Below, piece after piece: positions 42,951-52,872 of a stretch of DNA of 64,000 bases. This DNA comes from an uncultured Phycisphaerales bacterium (GTDB lineage Bacteria; Planctomycetota; Phycisphaerae; Tepidisphaerales; Tepidisphaeraceae): positions 32,001 through 96,000 of the forward strand of contig CAVWLP010000002.1 in assembly GCA_963755915.1 (NCBI GenBank), in the 5' to 3' direction. Numbering within the stretch: the stretch's first letter is position 1; every line of letters begins with the position of its first letter. The notes under the pieces are model-generated. The model searched no databases and was not told where the DNA came from. It worked only from the letters and a program-made list of their open reading frames with translations. The position numbers were made by a program, and so were the translations under genes.

Positions 42951-44855
42951 TTGATTGTGTTGGCAAAACGAAGGCTTGCGTTAGTGTTGTTCGCAGCCAG
43001 TTCAGCCGGATTGCGCAGCGTAGTGCGGGGAGACATCACATTCTTGGACCACTTCAACGATCTGTCGAGTTTTAACATCAATCCGGCGAACGGTGACTAC
43101 TCCGCAGGCACCGGCATAGCGACGGTCGTCGGTAGCGCGTTGCTTCATGGCGGTTTTTTTCCGGGTTCTACTCCGGTCAATGGCGCCTTATCCCTTTCGT
43201 CGGGAGACAACAGCGTCCAATTCCCGGCGTTCGACGGCAATGTGCTAACCGATATTACGACTGGTGGAATCACAGTGGGGTGTTGGTTCAAGATGGGTTC
43301 TGCTTCCAATACCGCGCAAATCTTTGTCATTGGGAATCCACTTCTAAGTTATGCTTATGCTGATGCTGATTATGGATCCGTCGCGTCCACGGTACAGGCG
43401 GGTTACTGTAATAATACCTCGGTTGTCACCTCGCCCGGCGAAGTAATCAACGCAACCCAATGGAATTATCTGGCAGCGACATTCGATCTAACCAACGAAG
43501 CGTTAACGGAGTATGTATTTAATAGCACGGGCGCATTGGTAGGTTCGCCTGTAAGTTCACCCATTTCGGTTCCCCAAATCTGGGAGATTGGCAGTGCTCT
43601 GACCTACGAAGTTTCTCTGGGCGGTCAGATAACGGGGTCAATAACGATGGATGAATTCAGCATCGATAATACCGTCTTGTCTCAAGCCCAATTGCAGCAG
43701 CGAGTCGACAGCATGGTGGCGGGAGACCAACTGTCCGTCCCCACTCCCCCACCGCAATGGATGGGACAATCAGGCGATTGGAATAACGCGTCGAACTGGG
43801 CCGGTGGGATCCCAAATGGAGTAAACGCAAGCGCGAACTTCCTCGGTTCGATTACCGCACCGGTCAGTGTTGATACCGATGTCGCGACGACCGTTGGCTC
43901 GATGACGTTTAACAACGCGAATACCTATGTCATCGGCGGCGCGGGCTTGCTTGCAATGCAGGTATCCACCGGCGCAGCAGCAATAAATGTGGAAAGTGGC
44001 TCGCACGAGATCAATCTGCCTCTAACATTTGTCAGCAACACCAATATTGGTATTGCCAATGGATCGACGCTCACCATCGGTAACCCAGCGACGATCAATG
44101 CAGGCAAGACCGTCACAGTAACCGGCAACCTGACGGACCAGGCTCCGATGACGATTGGGGCCGGAGGCGAACTGCAACTGATTTCCGGCACAACCTCGCT
44201 CTTTGGCGCACCGTCACTCGGCGCCGGTGCGAAGATCGATATAGGGAGCAACACGCTCACAATTAACTATGCGGGCCTGGAAAGTCCCGTTGCGACGATC
44301 GCGGCACTCATTGCCAGCGGCTATAACAATGGAGCCTGGAACGGGCCCGGCATCATCTCCAGCGCGGCACAAACGCCAACCAATGGCCTGCTCTATGGCG
44401 TGGGGTATGCGGATAGCGCCGATGGCGTTGTTGGCGGCCTTGCGTCAGGCCAGATTGAAGTGAAATACACATTGCTTGGCGACGCGAACCTCGACGGCGT
44501 CGTTAACGGCTCCGATTTCAGCATCCTCGCCGCCAACTTTGGCCTCGGCGTCACCAACTGGGACCAGGGCAACTTCCTCTACGGTTCGTCCGTCAACGGC
44601 TCCGACTTCTCCGCCCTCGCCGCCAACTTCGGCCAGGGCGACAGCGGCGCGGCTGTCGTGGTCTCCCCAGGTGATGTTGCCGCGCTGGATGCGTTCGCTG
44701 CCGCCAATGGCCTCATGGCGGATGTGCCCGAGCCTGCAAGTTTGGGATCGATAGCTCTGGGAGGATGTTTTTTGTTCGCACGGCGCCGAAGCGCCACGCG
44801 TTCCGACGTCGGCCATCGCCGACGTCAGATTGGATTGCACAATGCAGTTTCGTAA
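42951..44855 (+). CDS. PEP-CTERM surface protein with a second LamG-like head, stalk and dockerin-like repeat
   Basis: ITVGCWFK, WNYLAATFD, MDEFSIDNTVLSQAQL, LLGDANLDG, VPEPASLGSIALGGCFLFARRR. Confidence 0.88.
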   Translation: MIVLAKRRLALVLFAASSAGLRSVVRGDITFLDHFNDLSSFNINPANGDYSAGTGIATVVGSALLHGGFFPGSTPVNGALSLSSGDNSVQFPAFDGNVLTDITTGGITVGCWFKMGSASNTAQIFVIGNPLLSYAYADADYGSVASTVQAGYCNNTSVVTSPGEVINATQWNYLAATFDLTNEALTEYVFNSTGALVGSPVSSPISVPQIWEIGSALTYEVSLGGQITGSITMDEFSIDNTVLSQAQLQQRVDSMVAGDQLSVPTPPPQWMGQSGDWNNASNWAGGIPNGVNASANFLGSITAPVSVDTDVATTVGSMTFNNANTYVIGGAGLLAMQVSTGAAAINVESGSHEINLPLTFVSNTNIGIANGSTLTIGNPATINAGKTVTVTGNLTDQAPMTIGAGGELQLISGTTSLFGAPSLGAGAKIDIGSNTLTINYAGLESPVATIAALIASGYNNGAWNGPGIISSAAQTPTNGLLYGVGYADSADGVVGGLASGQIEVKYTLLGDANLDGVVNGSDFSILAANFGLGVTNWDQGNFLYGSSVNGSDFSALAANFGQGDSGAAVVVSPGDVAALDAFAAANGLMADVPEPASLGSIALGGCFLFARRRSATRSDVGHRRRQIGLHNAVS

Positions 44856-47223
44856 TCAGATCAACGTCAATAGCAAGCGTATCCACAAGCTCGTGTTGCC
44901 TGCTATGCTCGCGCTCGGGGGGCTGCCCGCTGTCGGGCAAACGCTCCAGTCCGGCGAAGCCGGGTTCGGCTGGCAGTGGGTGCGCTCAAATCCCTTTAGC
45001 ATCCAGGGCCTTTCAGAGAATCCTTTAACATGGAACATCAGTCAATATTTTGGTGCTGGGATGACCATGCTGAATCGTGCGGAAGGCACCACCTACACGC
45101 TTATTCGGCCCGCGCCGTACCAGAATGCTACCTGGCAATCGTTTTTGGCGGTTCCGGAGGGGGGCCCCGTATCATCGACGGAAACCGAATTTGATGAACT
45201 ACAAACGACCAGCGGCAATGCTGGCTGGATCGTCGGCGACGAGCCGAGCACAATACAGATGCCGTATATCGCGGAGGTGAACTCATACATACGGCAAACG
45301 GACACCAGCGTGCCTATCTACACCACGGCCACTAACATCACGGCAACCGCGGCTGAATTATATGGAAATAGCTCTGAGCCGAATTATAACTATACCGACT
45401 ACCTCAACGATTTTATCAGCATCATGAACCCGGACATCCTGGCGTACGACTATTATCCGTTTGAGTCCAGCGGTGCGACGGGTTCGCAATATATGCAAAA
45501 CCTCATGGCCGTCCGGACAGCAGCACAAGCCAACGGGCTGCCGTACTGGGGCTGGGTTCAATCATTTGGCGATGTCAGCGAGTCCGACAATCGGTATAAT
45601 GTCTATACACTTCTGACCGCCGGTTACACGGGTTTGCTCTATTGGACGTACGACTATTACAGCAGCACCGGAAATGGCCTGATTGACGAAAACGGCGACC
45701 CAACAGCGCTTTATTCCGAGGCCGCAACGACCAATGAGCAGGCGGTGATTGTTGGCGGTGCGGAACGGTTTCTCAACAGCACCGCTGTGTGCTTCGTTCC
45801 GGGCTATGCGAATTCGAAGGTCTTGAATTCGACTCCCGTGGGACTTACCAACTGGGTTGCGGGTGCCGGAGGCGACCCCTACATCACGGGATTTAGCGAT
45901 ACAAACATTGGTTCGAACGACAACGGGTTGATCGGGCTATTTACAGACACTAACGGTGAGCACTACTTCATGCTCACCAACCTCAATCATAGTGCGAGCC
46001 TTTCTGCGGCCGCCGCGACGCTCAGTTTCACCCTGTCCTTCAATAGCTCAATAAATACCCTATGGCTCCTGAACTCAACCACCGGTCAGCAGCAAGAGAT
46101 TGCACTCACCAATAACCAGTTGGACTTGACCTTGCCCGGTGGGACCGGAGACTTGTTCAGATATAATAACAACAGCATTTGGATGGCGCAATCGGGTGAC
46201 TGGCAGGATGCGGACAACTGGGGGGGCTGGATTCCGAACGGAGCAGATGAGGTCGCGGACTTCAACGGATCGATCACCGCGCCACGAAGTATTTATACCA
46301 ATGTAGCGACCACCGTCGGGGGGTTGTCCTTCAATAGCTCGAACACTTACGTCATCGGTGGCGCGGGCTCGCTTGCAATGCAGGTATCGACTGGTGCGGC
46401 AGCAATCAATGTGCTAAGTGGCTCGCACACGATCAATCTGCCTCTGACGTTTGTCAGCAACACCAATATTGGCATTGCCAATGGATCGACCCTGACGATC
46501 GGGAACCCGACGACGATCGACGCTGGCACAACTGTGACGGTCAATGGCAACCTTTTGATCGAAGCGCCGCTATCGATTCAACCCGGTGGCTCGCTCGTTA
46601 TGAACGCGGCTCCCGCGGTGACGCTGCTGGGCGCACCGTCACTGGGCGCCGGAGCGAAGATCGATATAGGCAGCAGCGCGGTCACCTTTGACTATACGGG
46701 GTCGGGAACTCCGGCCGCGACGATCGCGGCACTCCTTGCTAGCGGCTATAACAATGGAGCCTGGAACGGTGCCGGCATCGACTCCAGTTCTGCGGCCGCT
46801 CACCCGGGTTATGCCCTCGGTTACGCCGATGGAGCCGACGGTATCGTCTCAGGTCTCCATTCTGGCCAAATCGAAGTCGAATACACGCTGTACGGAGATG
46901 CAAACCTGGACGGCATCGTTGATGCCAGCGACCTGGCCATCCTCGCTGCCAATTTCGGCCGCACTGTTACTGGTTGGGATCAGGGGGATTTTGACTACGG
47001 CGGTATCGTGAATGGCTCGGACTTCGCCCTTCTCGCCGCCAATTTCGGCAAGAGTTCCAGCGGAGCGGCCGTCACATTGCCGTCCAGCGAGTGGGCCGCG
47101 CTGGATGCCTTCGCCTCCGCCAACGGTCTAGTGGCCGACGTCCCTGAGCCGTCGAGTCTTGGGCTGCTCGCTTTGGCAGGATGTTTCGCGCGGCGACGAA
47201 GGGCCGCACGCCGTGTTCAGTAG
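44842..47223 (+). CDS. PEP-CTERM surface protein with a glycoside-hydrolase-like TIM-barrel head, stalk and dockerin-like repeat
   Basis: GWIVGDEP, DILAYDYYPF, LTAGYTGLLYWTY, LYGDANLDG, VPEPSSLGLLALAGCFARRRR. Confidence 0.85.
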   Translation: MQFRNQINVNSKRIHKLVLPAMLALGGLPAVGQTLQSGEAGFGWQWVRSNPFSIQGLSENPLTWNISQYFGAGMTMLNRAEGTTYTLIRPAPYQNATWQSFLAVPEGGPVSSTETEFDELQTTSGNAGWIVGDEPSTIQMPYIAEVNSYIRQTDTSVPIYTTATNITATAAELYGNSSEPNYNYTDYLNDFISIMNPDILAYDYYPFESSGATGSQYMQNLMAVRTAAQANGLPYWGWVQSFGDVSESDNRYNVYTLLTAGYTGLLYWTYDYYSSTGNGLIDENGDPTALYSEAATTNEQAVIVGGAERFLNSTAVCFVPGYANSKVLNSTPVGLTNWVAGAGGDPYITGFSDTNIGSNDNGLIGLFTDTNGEHYFMLTNLNHSASLSAAAATLSFTLSFNSSINTLWLLNSTTGQQQEIALTNNQLDLTLPGGTGDLFRYNNNSIWMAQSGDWQDADNWGGWIPNGADEVADFNGSITAPRSIYTNVATTVGGLSFNSSNTYVIGGAGSLAMQVSTGAAAINVLSGSHTINLPLTFVSNTNIGIANGSTLTIGNPTTIDAGTTVTVNGNLLIEAPLSIQPGGSLVMNAAPAVTLLGAPSLGAGAKIDIGSSAVTFDYTGSGTPAATIAALLASGYNNGAWNGAGIDSSSAAAHPGYALGYADGADGIVSGLHSGQIEVEYTLYGDANLDGIVDASDLAILAANFGRTVTGWDQGDFDYGGIVNGSDFALLAANFGKSSSGAAVTLPSSEWAALDAFASANGLVADVPEPSSLGLLALAGCFARRRRAARRVQ

Positions 47224-47343
47224 AATGATTGCTTACAGGCGCCAGACCAAAGATCGGATCGAGGAGCCCGCCAGCGAGTAGCCGATGCCGGGGCAGGCGG
47301 GGTAACGCGAGAATTGACCCGCTTGATTGACGAAGGAACAGGA

Positions 47344-47844
47344 ATGGATATTCGAGGATCACTCAATGAGCATCGCACAGTGACCGGAATTGTCACGGCG
47401 ATTGTCTTGCTTTTAGCGTTGTCCTTCGCCTACTGTCGTTTGAAGGGTGACGCCCCGTTTGGTTCACAGGGACAGGCTTTTTACACTGTCGATAATGGGA
47501 GTACATGGTTTGCCGATGACATTGGTAAGATACCGCCTTTTGACCACGGCGGCAGGCCTGCCTATCGCTGTTATGTGTATACAACCGATGGTGGCAAAAC
47601 GATGTTCGTGTTGTATCTGGAGCGCTATACAGACGAGGCCAAGACGATTCTGGAACGGCTTCATAGCAGCGGCACAAATGCGGACGTGGCGACTGCACAA
47701 GTTTTGATGGCGGGCGTTGAGGTCAAGCGGGCCGGCGCGCCTGATACAGCTTGGGTCAAGAAAGTCGATCCGCGCACTGCTGCAATTATGGCTCCCGGAA
47801 GTGCCGCAAAGCCGGATCAAATAGCCGTGTCCGTCCAACCGTGA
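47344..47844 (+). CDS. Small single-TM hypothetical protein
   Basis: N-terminal TM helix (VTGIVTAIVLLLALSFAY), FYTVDNGSTWF and YTTDGGKT motifs, and a homologous fragment at 18090. Confidence 0.75.
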   Translation: MDIRGSLNEHRTVTGIVTAIVLLLALSFAYCRLKGDAPFGSQGQAFYTVDNGSTWFADDIGKIPPFDHGGRPAYRCYVYTTDGGKTMFVLYLERYTDEAKTILERLHSSGTNADVATAQVLMAGVEVKRAGAPDTAWVKKVDPRTAAIMAPGSAAKPDQIAVSVQP

Positions 47845-47857
47845 GCTATCAAGTATT

Positions 47858-49031
47858 ATGGAATTATCACGACAAGAGCTACCCCTCAATTTCGCAGTGA
47901 TCGGTTGCGGGAGCCTGGCTCGCGCCCAGCACCTTCCCAACATTGCGCGATCATCGCGAGCGATACTGCACACCTGCTGCGACGTTTCGCAAGGTGCGCT
48001 GGATGAATGCGCGCTGAGATTCTCCCCCACGCGGACCACCCGGGACTTTCTTGAAGCCATTTCCGATCCGGCAGTCGATGTGATATGCCTGGCAACGACG
48101 GAAAGGCTACGTCTTCCGGTCATCAAGGCTGCGGCGCGATTGGGAAAACCGGTGTATGTCGAGAAGCCGCTGGCGCGAGCGATGACGGAAATCCGCGAAA
48201 TCCAGCGGGTAGTACACGAGTCGCGCATTCCATTTTGCGTCGGACACAACCGAAGATGCTCGCCGGCAATGCGCGCGGCACACCGGATCTTTCGCAATCA
48301 CATGGAGCATCCTCAGCCGTGTCCGTGGAGATGGCAACGCGAAAGGGCTTTGCCAGAGTTACCCGACGACGGGGTTCCCTCGTTTATCGCGCACATCAAT
48401 GACGACTGGTATAGCTGGAAATCATGGGTTTTCGACAAGTCGCAGGCGCCGCACGGCCCGATGCTGTTTGAGATGACGCACTTCATAGACCTGTGCAACT
48501 GGTTCCTGGCCGATGAACCGGTCGAAGTGTCAGCGATTGAGACGGGCATGCTGAACCATGCAACTATTGTGCGATATCGATCAGGCGCGTTGGCCACGAT
48601 TAGCCTGTGCGCCAATGGATCATTCGGCTATCCGAAGGAATTATACGAAGCGTTCGGCAACGGCGCGGCGGTTGCGATCGACCACATGGTTGAAGTTCGC
48701 GCGGCCGGCATCCCCGGCGCCGGCAAGAACGACTTTTCCGATGCTGAACGACAAACATCCACAGATCGGCCAGATGGGCGGATTGCAGGGCTGGCTTGAG
48801 AAGAAGCGAGCTGCTTGCGAAGAGGCCGCCGCCAGCGGGGATATGATGCGGCAGTTTACCGCCGAACCCGATAAAGGACACCAGCACGCACTGGAACAAT
48901 TCATCGACGAAATCTGCGGGACTGGTCCGGTCGTCTGTGGGGTGGACGACGCCGTACTTGCCAGCCGGGTATGTTTTGCCGCGATTCGTTCGGCGCAAGA
49001 GCGGCGGATCGTCACGCTCGAGGAGATCTGA
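47858..49031 (+). CDS. Gfo/Idh/MocA family oxidoreductase, frameshift near 48720
   Basis: FAVIGCGSLA, VYVEKPLA, VGHNRR, EMTHFID, DKGHQHALEQF. Confidence 0.85.
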
Positions 49032-49057
49032 TCCGGATTTTTGAAAAACCCACCAGA

Positions 49058-50324
49058 ATGTATACCGCCCAGATTATTTCCGCGGAAGTGTTCTTCACAG
49101 AGCAGCCGATGGTGAAGCCGCTGATTCTTAGCACAGGCATAATTGAGCGAATCACTCAGGCGACGGCCACCGTTCGAGTTCGCGCCGGTGGCCGCGATGC
49201 AACGGGGCACGGCTCTATATACCTGAGCGATCTGTGGGCTTGGCCGGATCCACGGTGGTCTCATGACCAGCGCGACAGCCTTTTGCGCGATTTAACATCG
49301 CGGATCGCAGTAAGACTTAAGGAACTGACCGGTGCAGAATCCGCCCATCCCCTGGAACTAGGCCTGCGGTTGCACCATGCGGTGAACCATCTGGAAGATC
49401 CGCGCTTCGTTGACGTTCCGGTGCTCGCCCGGGCGATGTGCATGAGCCCATTTGACGCTGCGCTTCACGACGCCGTCGGCATCGCATTCGATCGGTCCGC
49501 CTTTGCACTCTATGAACCGAATATTCCAATTCCGTCTGCCGACGCGTTCTTTCGTCAAGGCGTGTGCCGGGCCATCGTCACGGCGATGAGAACGTCTCCC
49601 CTTCAATCGCTCCCAGCATGGATTATCGTCGGGCAGAACGACGACCTGGCAGCCGATGTGCGGCCGTGGATTTGTGACAGGGGCTATCGATGCTTCAAGC
49701 TCAAGATCATGGGGCGAGATAACCGCCTAGATGTTGAAAGAACACGGGAAGTGTTCGAGGCGGTGCGAGCGTTTGGAGTCGATCGTCCCGTACTGAGCAT
49801 TGACAGTAATGAGGCGAATCCCGACGCGGAAAGTGTGCTGGCATATCTACGAAGCCTGCACGAAGAATCGCCTGGAGCTTTTGATGCACTTCAATCCGTT
49901 GAGCAGCCCACAGGTCGAGATATTACGCGGCATCGGTGTGATTGGCGCGAGGTGTCGAAGCTCAAGCCGGTGTTGCTCGACGAAGGTTTGACCGACGCGG
50001 ACCTGTTCGAGGAGGCGCGATCAAGGTTGGAGCGGTTTCGCGTTGAAAACCTGTAAGGGGCATAGTTTCGCCCTGATGGCAGCCGCCTGGGCCGAGGAAA
50101 ATGGCTTGCTGATCAGTCTGCAGGATTTGACCAACGCCGGCCACTCGATGATTCACGCTGCCCTCTTCGGCGCATATCTGCCGACCATCAACGGTGCGGA
50201 ACTCAACAGCCCTCAGTTCACTCCGGCCGCAAACGAACCATGGATTCGGCAGTACCCCGATCTCTTCCAGCCACGAGGCGGCGTCCACCGTCTAGCGGCG
50301 GGAACAGAAAGCGGATTGGGCTAG
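49058..50324 (+). CDS. Enolase-superfamily (mandelate racemase/MLE-like) enzyme, frameshift near 50020
   Basis: SPFDAALHDA, FKLKI, IDSNE, VEQP, LLDEG, (A)LKTCKG, LQDL. Confidence 0.78.
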
Positions 50325-50344
50325 ACTCAGATCAGAGGTGAGGA

Positions 50345-51478
50345 ATGATGTCCCGCGTCCGAACGGCGTTGATTGGTGCAGGGTGGATGGGATCGACGCT
50401 GCTGCGTCGCCTCAGCGATCGAGATGACGTCGAGATCAGCGCCGTCGTCGACAGCGAAGGGGGGACGGCTGCTGAACAGCTCGCCTCACTGAAATTGCCC
50501 CACGTTCCGGTCTATTTCGATTATGCGAGGGTGGTGAACGATCCTTCAATCGATGCGGTCGTCATTGCCAGTCCGAACGCCTTCCACGGCCCGCAATCCA
50601 TCGCGGCGATGCGGGCAGGCAAGCACATCTTTTGCGAAAAGCCGTGTGCCACTCGTTTTCACGAATTCGTCGAGCAAATCCAAATTGAGAAGGCGAATCC
50701 GCAACTCATCACCTTCGTCGATTACCTGATGAACTTTGATCCCATGGAACAGCGGCTGCGGCAGCTTTCTGCTGATGGCGGGTTCGGCCGCATCACACAA
50801 ATCCAAGTGAACTATCGCCATGGAGTGAACGTCAGTGGCAGCAAAGCGTGGAAACTCAGCAAAGAGATTCAAGGCGACGCGATTGGCATGGGTATCGTTC
50901 ATTCGCTGTCCGTGATGTTTATGGTGATGAAGCCCCAGAGCTATCCGGTTGGTGTGTTTGCCACGGCGCTGACGGCGCAGGTGCGACCTTTCGAAACCGA
51001 GCCGATCTGGAATATTCTCATCCGATTTGCCGACGGAACCGCGGGCTTCTGCTTCGGCAACATCGACAGCGGCAACGGATACGACGCCTACCACAACATC
51101 AGCGGAACCAAAGGTGCTTTCGTTTTCGAAAGTCAACTCGAGCGCGAGCGAAAAGTGCGATTCTGGTCGGAGAAGTTTACCGCCGGCCGGTGGATCTACC
51201 CCCTGGACATTGAGCGCTGTGAGCGCGAAGGCGTCGAACCCTGGCCGGCGGACACGACAACGCCGGACAGCGGTGATGTCTTCCACCACAACACGGCTTC
51301 CTGCGTTGGACACTTCATCGAATGTGTTAAACGTGGTGTAAAGTCTCCGTTGAGTTTCGCCAATTCTGCCATGGTGGCAGAGATAGGTTGGGCGGCGCGG
51401 CTTTCAGCGACAACAGGCGCGGAAATCAAATTACCGCTCAGTTACGCTGAATCGATGCCATCTTTAGGAGCAAAATAG
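50345..51478 (+). CDS. Gfo/Idh/MocA family oxidoreductase
   Basis: TALIGAGWMG, IASPNAFH, HIFCEKP. Confidence 0.87.
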   Translation: MMSRVRTALIGAGWMGSTLLRRLSDRDDVEISAVVDSEGGTAAEQLASLKLPHVPVYFDYARVVNDPSIDAVVIASPNAFHGPQSIAAMRAGKHIFCEKPCATRFHEFVEQIQIEKANPQLITFVDYLMNFDPMEQRLRQLSADGGFGRITQIQVNYRHGVNVSGSKAWKLSKEIQGDAIGMGIVHSLSVMFMVMKPQSYPVGVFATALTAQVRPFETEPIWNILIRFADGTAGFCFGNIDSGNGYDAYHNISGTKGAFVFESQLERERKVRFWSEKFTAGRWIYPLDIERCEREGVEPWPADTTTPDSGDVFHHNTASCVGHFIECVKRGVKSPLSFANSAMVAEIGWAARLSATTGAEIKLPLSYAESMPSLGAK

Positions 51479-51625
51479 AGGGAAAAAGAGAATCGACCGT
51501 GCATGCTTATGCGTTAGTTATTCCAGCAGGAAGTGATCCGCCGTGGAATACTCACGCAATCGGAAAGCCAATTCAGCCGGTCTTTCGGCAGGATTGAAGT
51601 AAGTCGGTGCAGAAAGGGAATCATC

Positions 51626-52360
51626 ATGAAAATCGTGAAAAGCCACACAAAGTTGGAGCTTGGACGCAAGGCGGCGGCCCAGGCCGCGGAATTGACGCGG
51701 CAGGCAATCAAGAAGTCCGGGAGCGCGAATCTGATCGTCGCGACGGGAGCATCTCAGTTTGAAATGCTCGATGCTCTGGTCAAGGAGCCGGATATTTCCT
51801 GGAACCTGGTGACCTGTTTCCACCTTGATGAATATGTCGGATTACCGATTGTTCATCCGGCCAGTTTTCGGCGATATCTGTGGGAGAGATTTGTGAGCCG
51901 ACTCTCGTTACCTGTGGCGGCTTTCCATTATGTGAATGGGGAGACGGATCCGGACGTGGAGTGCAAGCGACTTGCAAAGCTCATCGAGCGCTGTCGGATC
52001 GACGTCGCACTTGTGGGAATCGGCGAGAACGCGCATCTTGCCTTCAACGATCCGCCGGCGGACTTCGAAACTGAACGGCCTTATCTCGTGGTGAACCTGG
52101 ATGAAGCGTGCCGCAGGCAGCAATTAGGCGAGGGATGGTTTAAGGGATTGTCAGACGTGCCAATGCAGGCGATCAGCATGTCGTGCCGGCAGATTATGAA
52201 AAGCAAGTCGGTCATCGCATCCGTGCCTGACGCCCGCAAAGCGACCGCGGTGAAGGCATCTGTACAAGGGCCGGTTTCGCCAGCGGTGCCAGCAAGCATC
52301 TTGCAAAGGCATTCGGACTGCACGGTGTATGTGGATGACGCATCGGGAGCAATGCTTTGA
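51626..52360 (+). CDS. nagB: Glucosamine-6-phosphate deaminase family
   Basis: [17 protein letters not shown]...[42 protein letters not shown]. Confidence 0.88.
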   Translation: MKIVKSHTKLELGRKAAAQAAELTRQAIKKSGSANLIVATGASQFEMLDALVKEPDISWNLVTCFHLDEYVGLPIVHPASFRRYLWERFVSRLSLPVAAFHYVNGETDPDVECKRLAKLIERCRIDVALVGIGENAHLAFNDPPADFETERPYLVVNLDEACRRQQLGEGWFKGLSDVPMQAISMSCRQIMKSKSVIASVPDARKATAVKASVQGPVSPAVPASILQRHSDCTVYVDDASGAML

Positions 52361-52414
52361 GGCACGATCGCGGTGAAAGAAAACGCCAAATGGACGGAAC
52401 ACTGATCGGTGTAA

Positions 52415-52672
52415 ATGGATCTCACAGGAATTCCGAGCTGCGTCGCAGAGATGAAGCGGCTTTTTCCGGAGCTCAGCAATACGAGTGACGTTCCTGCGAT
52501 CATTCAGAAGCTGGTTGATGCCGGCGCCAATGGAATTTCAGCGGGAAAGGGTTTCTATCGCTACACACCCATACAGAGGGAACAATGGGAGAAGTTTCTG
52601 CGCGAAAATGCACGGCATACCCGCCCAGTAGGCGATATCGCCGCGTCACTGGAAAAGAACTCAGAACCGTGA
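52415..52672 (+). pseudogene. C-terminal remnant of a 3-hydroxyacyl-CoA dehydrogenase
   Basis: MDLTGI...LFPELSN...KLVDAGANGISAGKGFYRY. The Rossmann domain is absent. Confidence 0.7.
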
Positions 52673-52872
52673 ATCTGGACCAAATTTCCCGGAAAATCTC
52701 TCAAGTGTGTTTTATGGGCCGTTCGGCAAGGCGCGTCATGAACTCCAGAGTGTCACGGGGCGCGCCAAAACCAGCCAGGGCGGGGCGCTTCAAAACCGGC
52801 CAATGTGCTGACGTATTCTATACCGCATCCGTTCTATCCGACGCAACTGTTCCTTGAGTTATTGGTCCCCGT

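Noticed and set aside
41520-47100. Cellulosome, based on the dockerin-like repeats
   Set aside because: No cohesin or scaffoldin is seen, and the proteins carry their own PEP-CTERM anchors.
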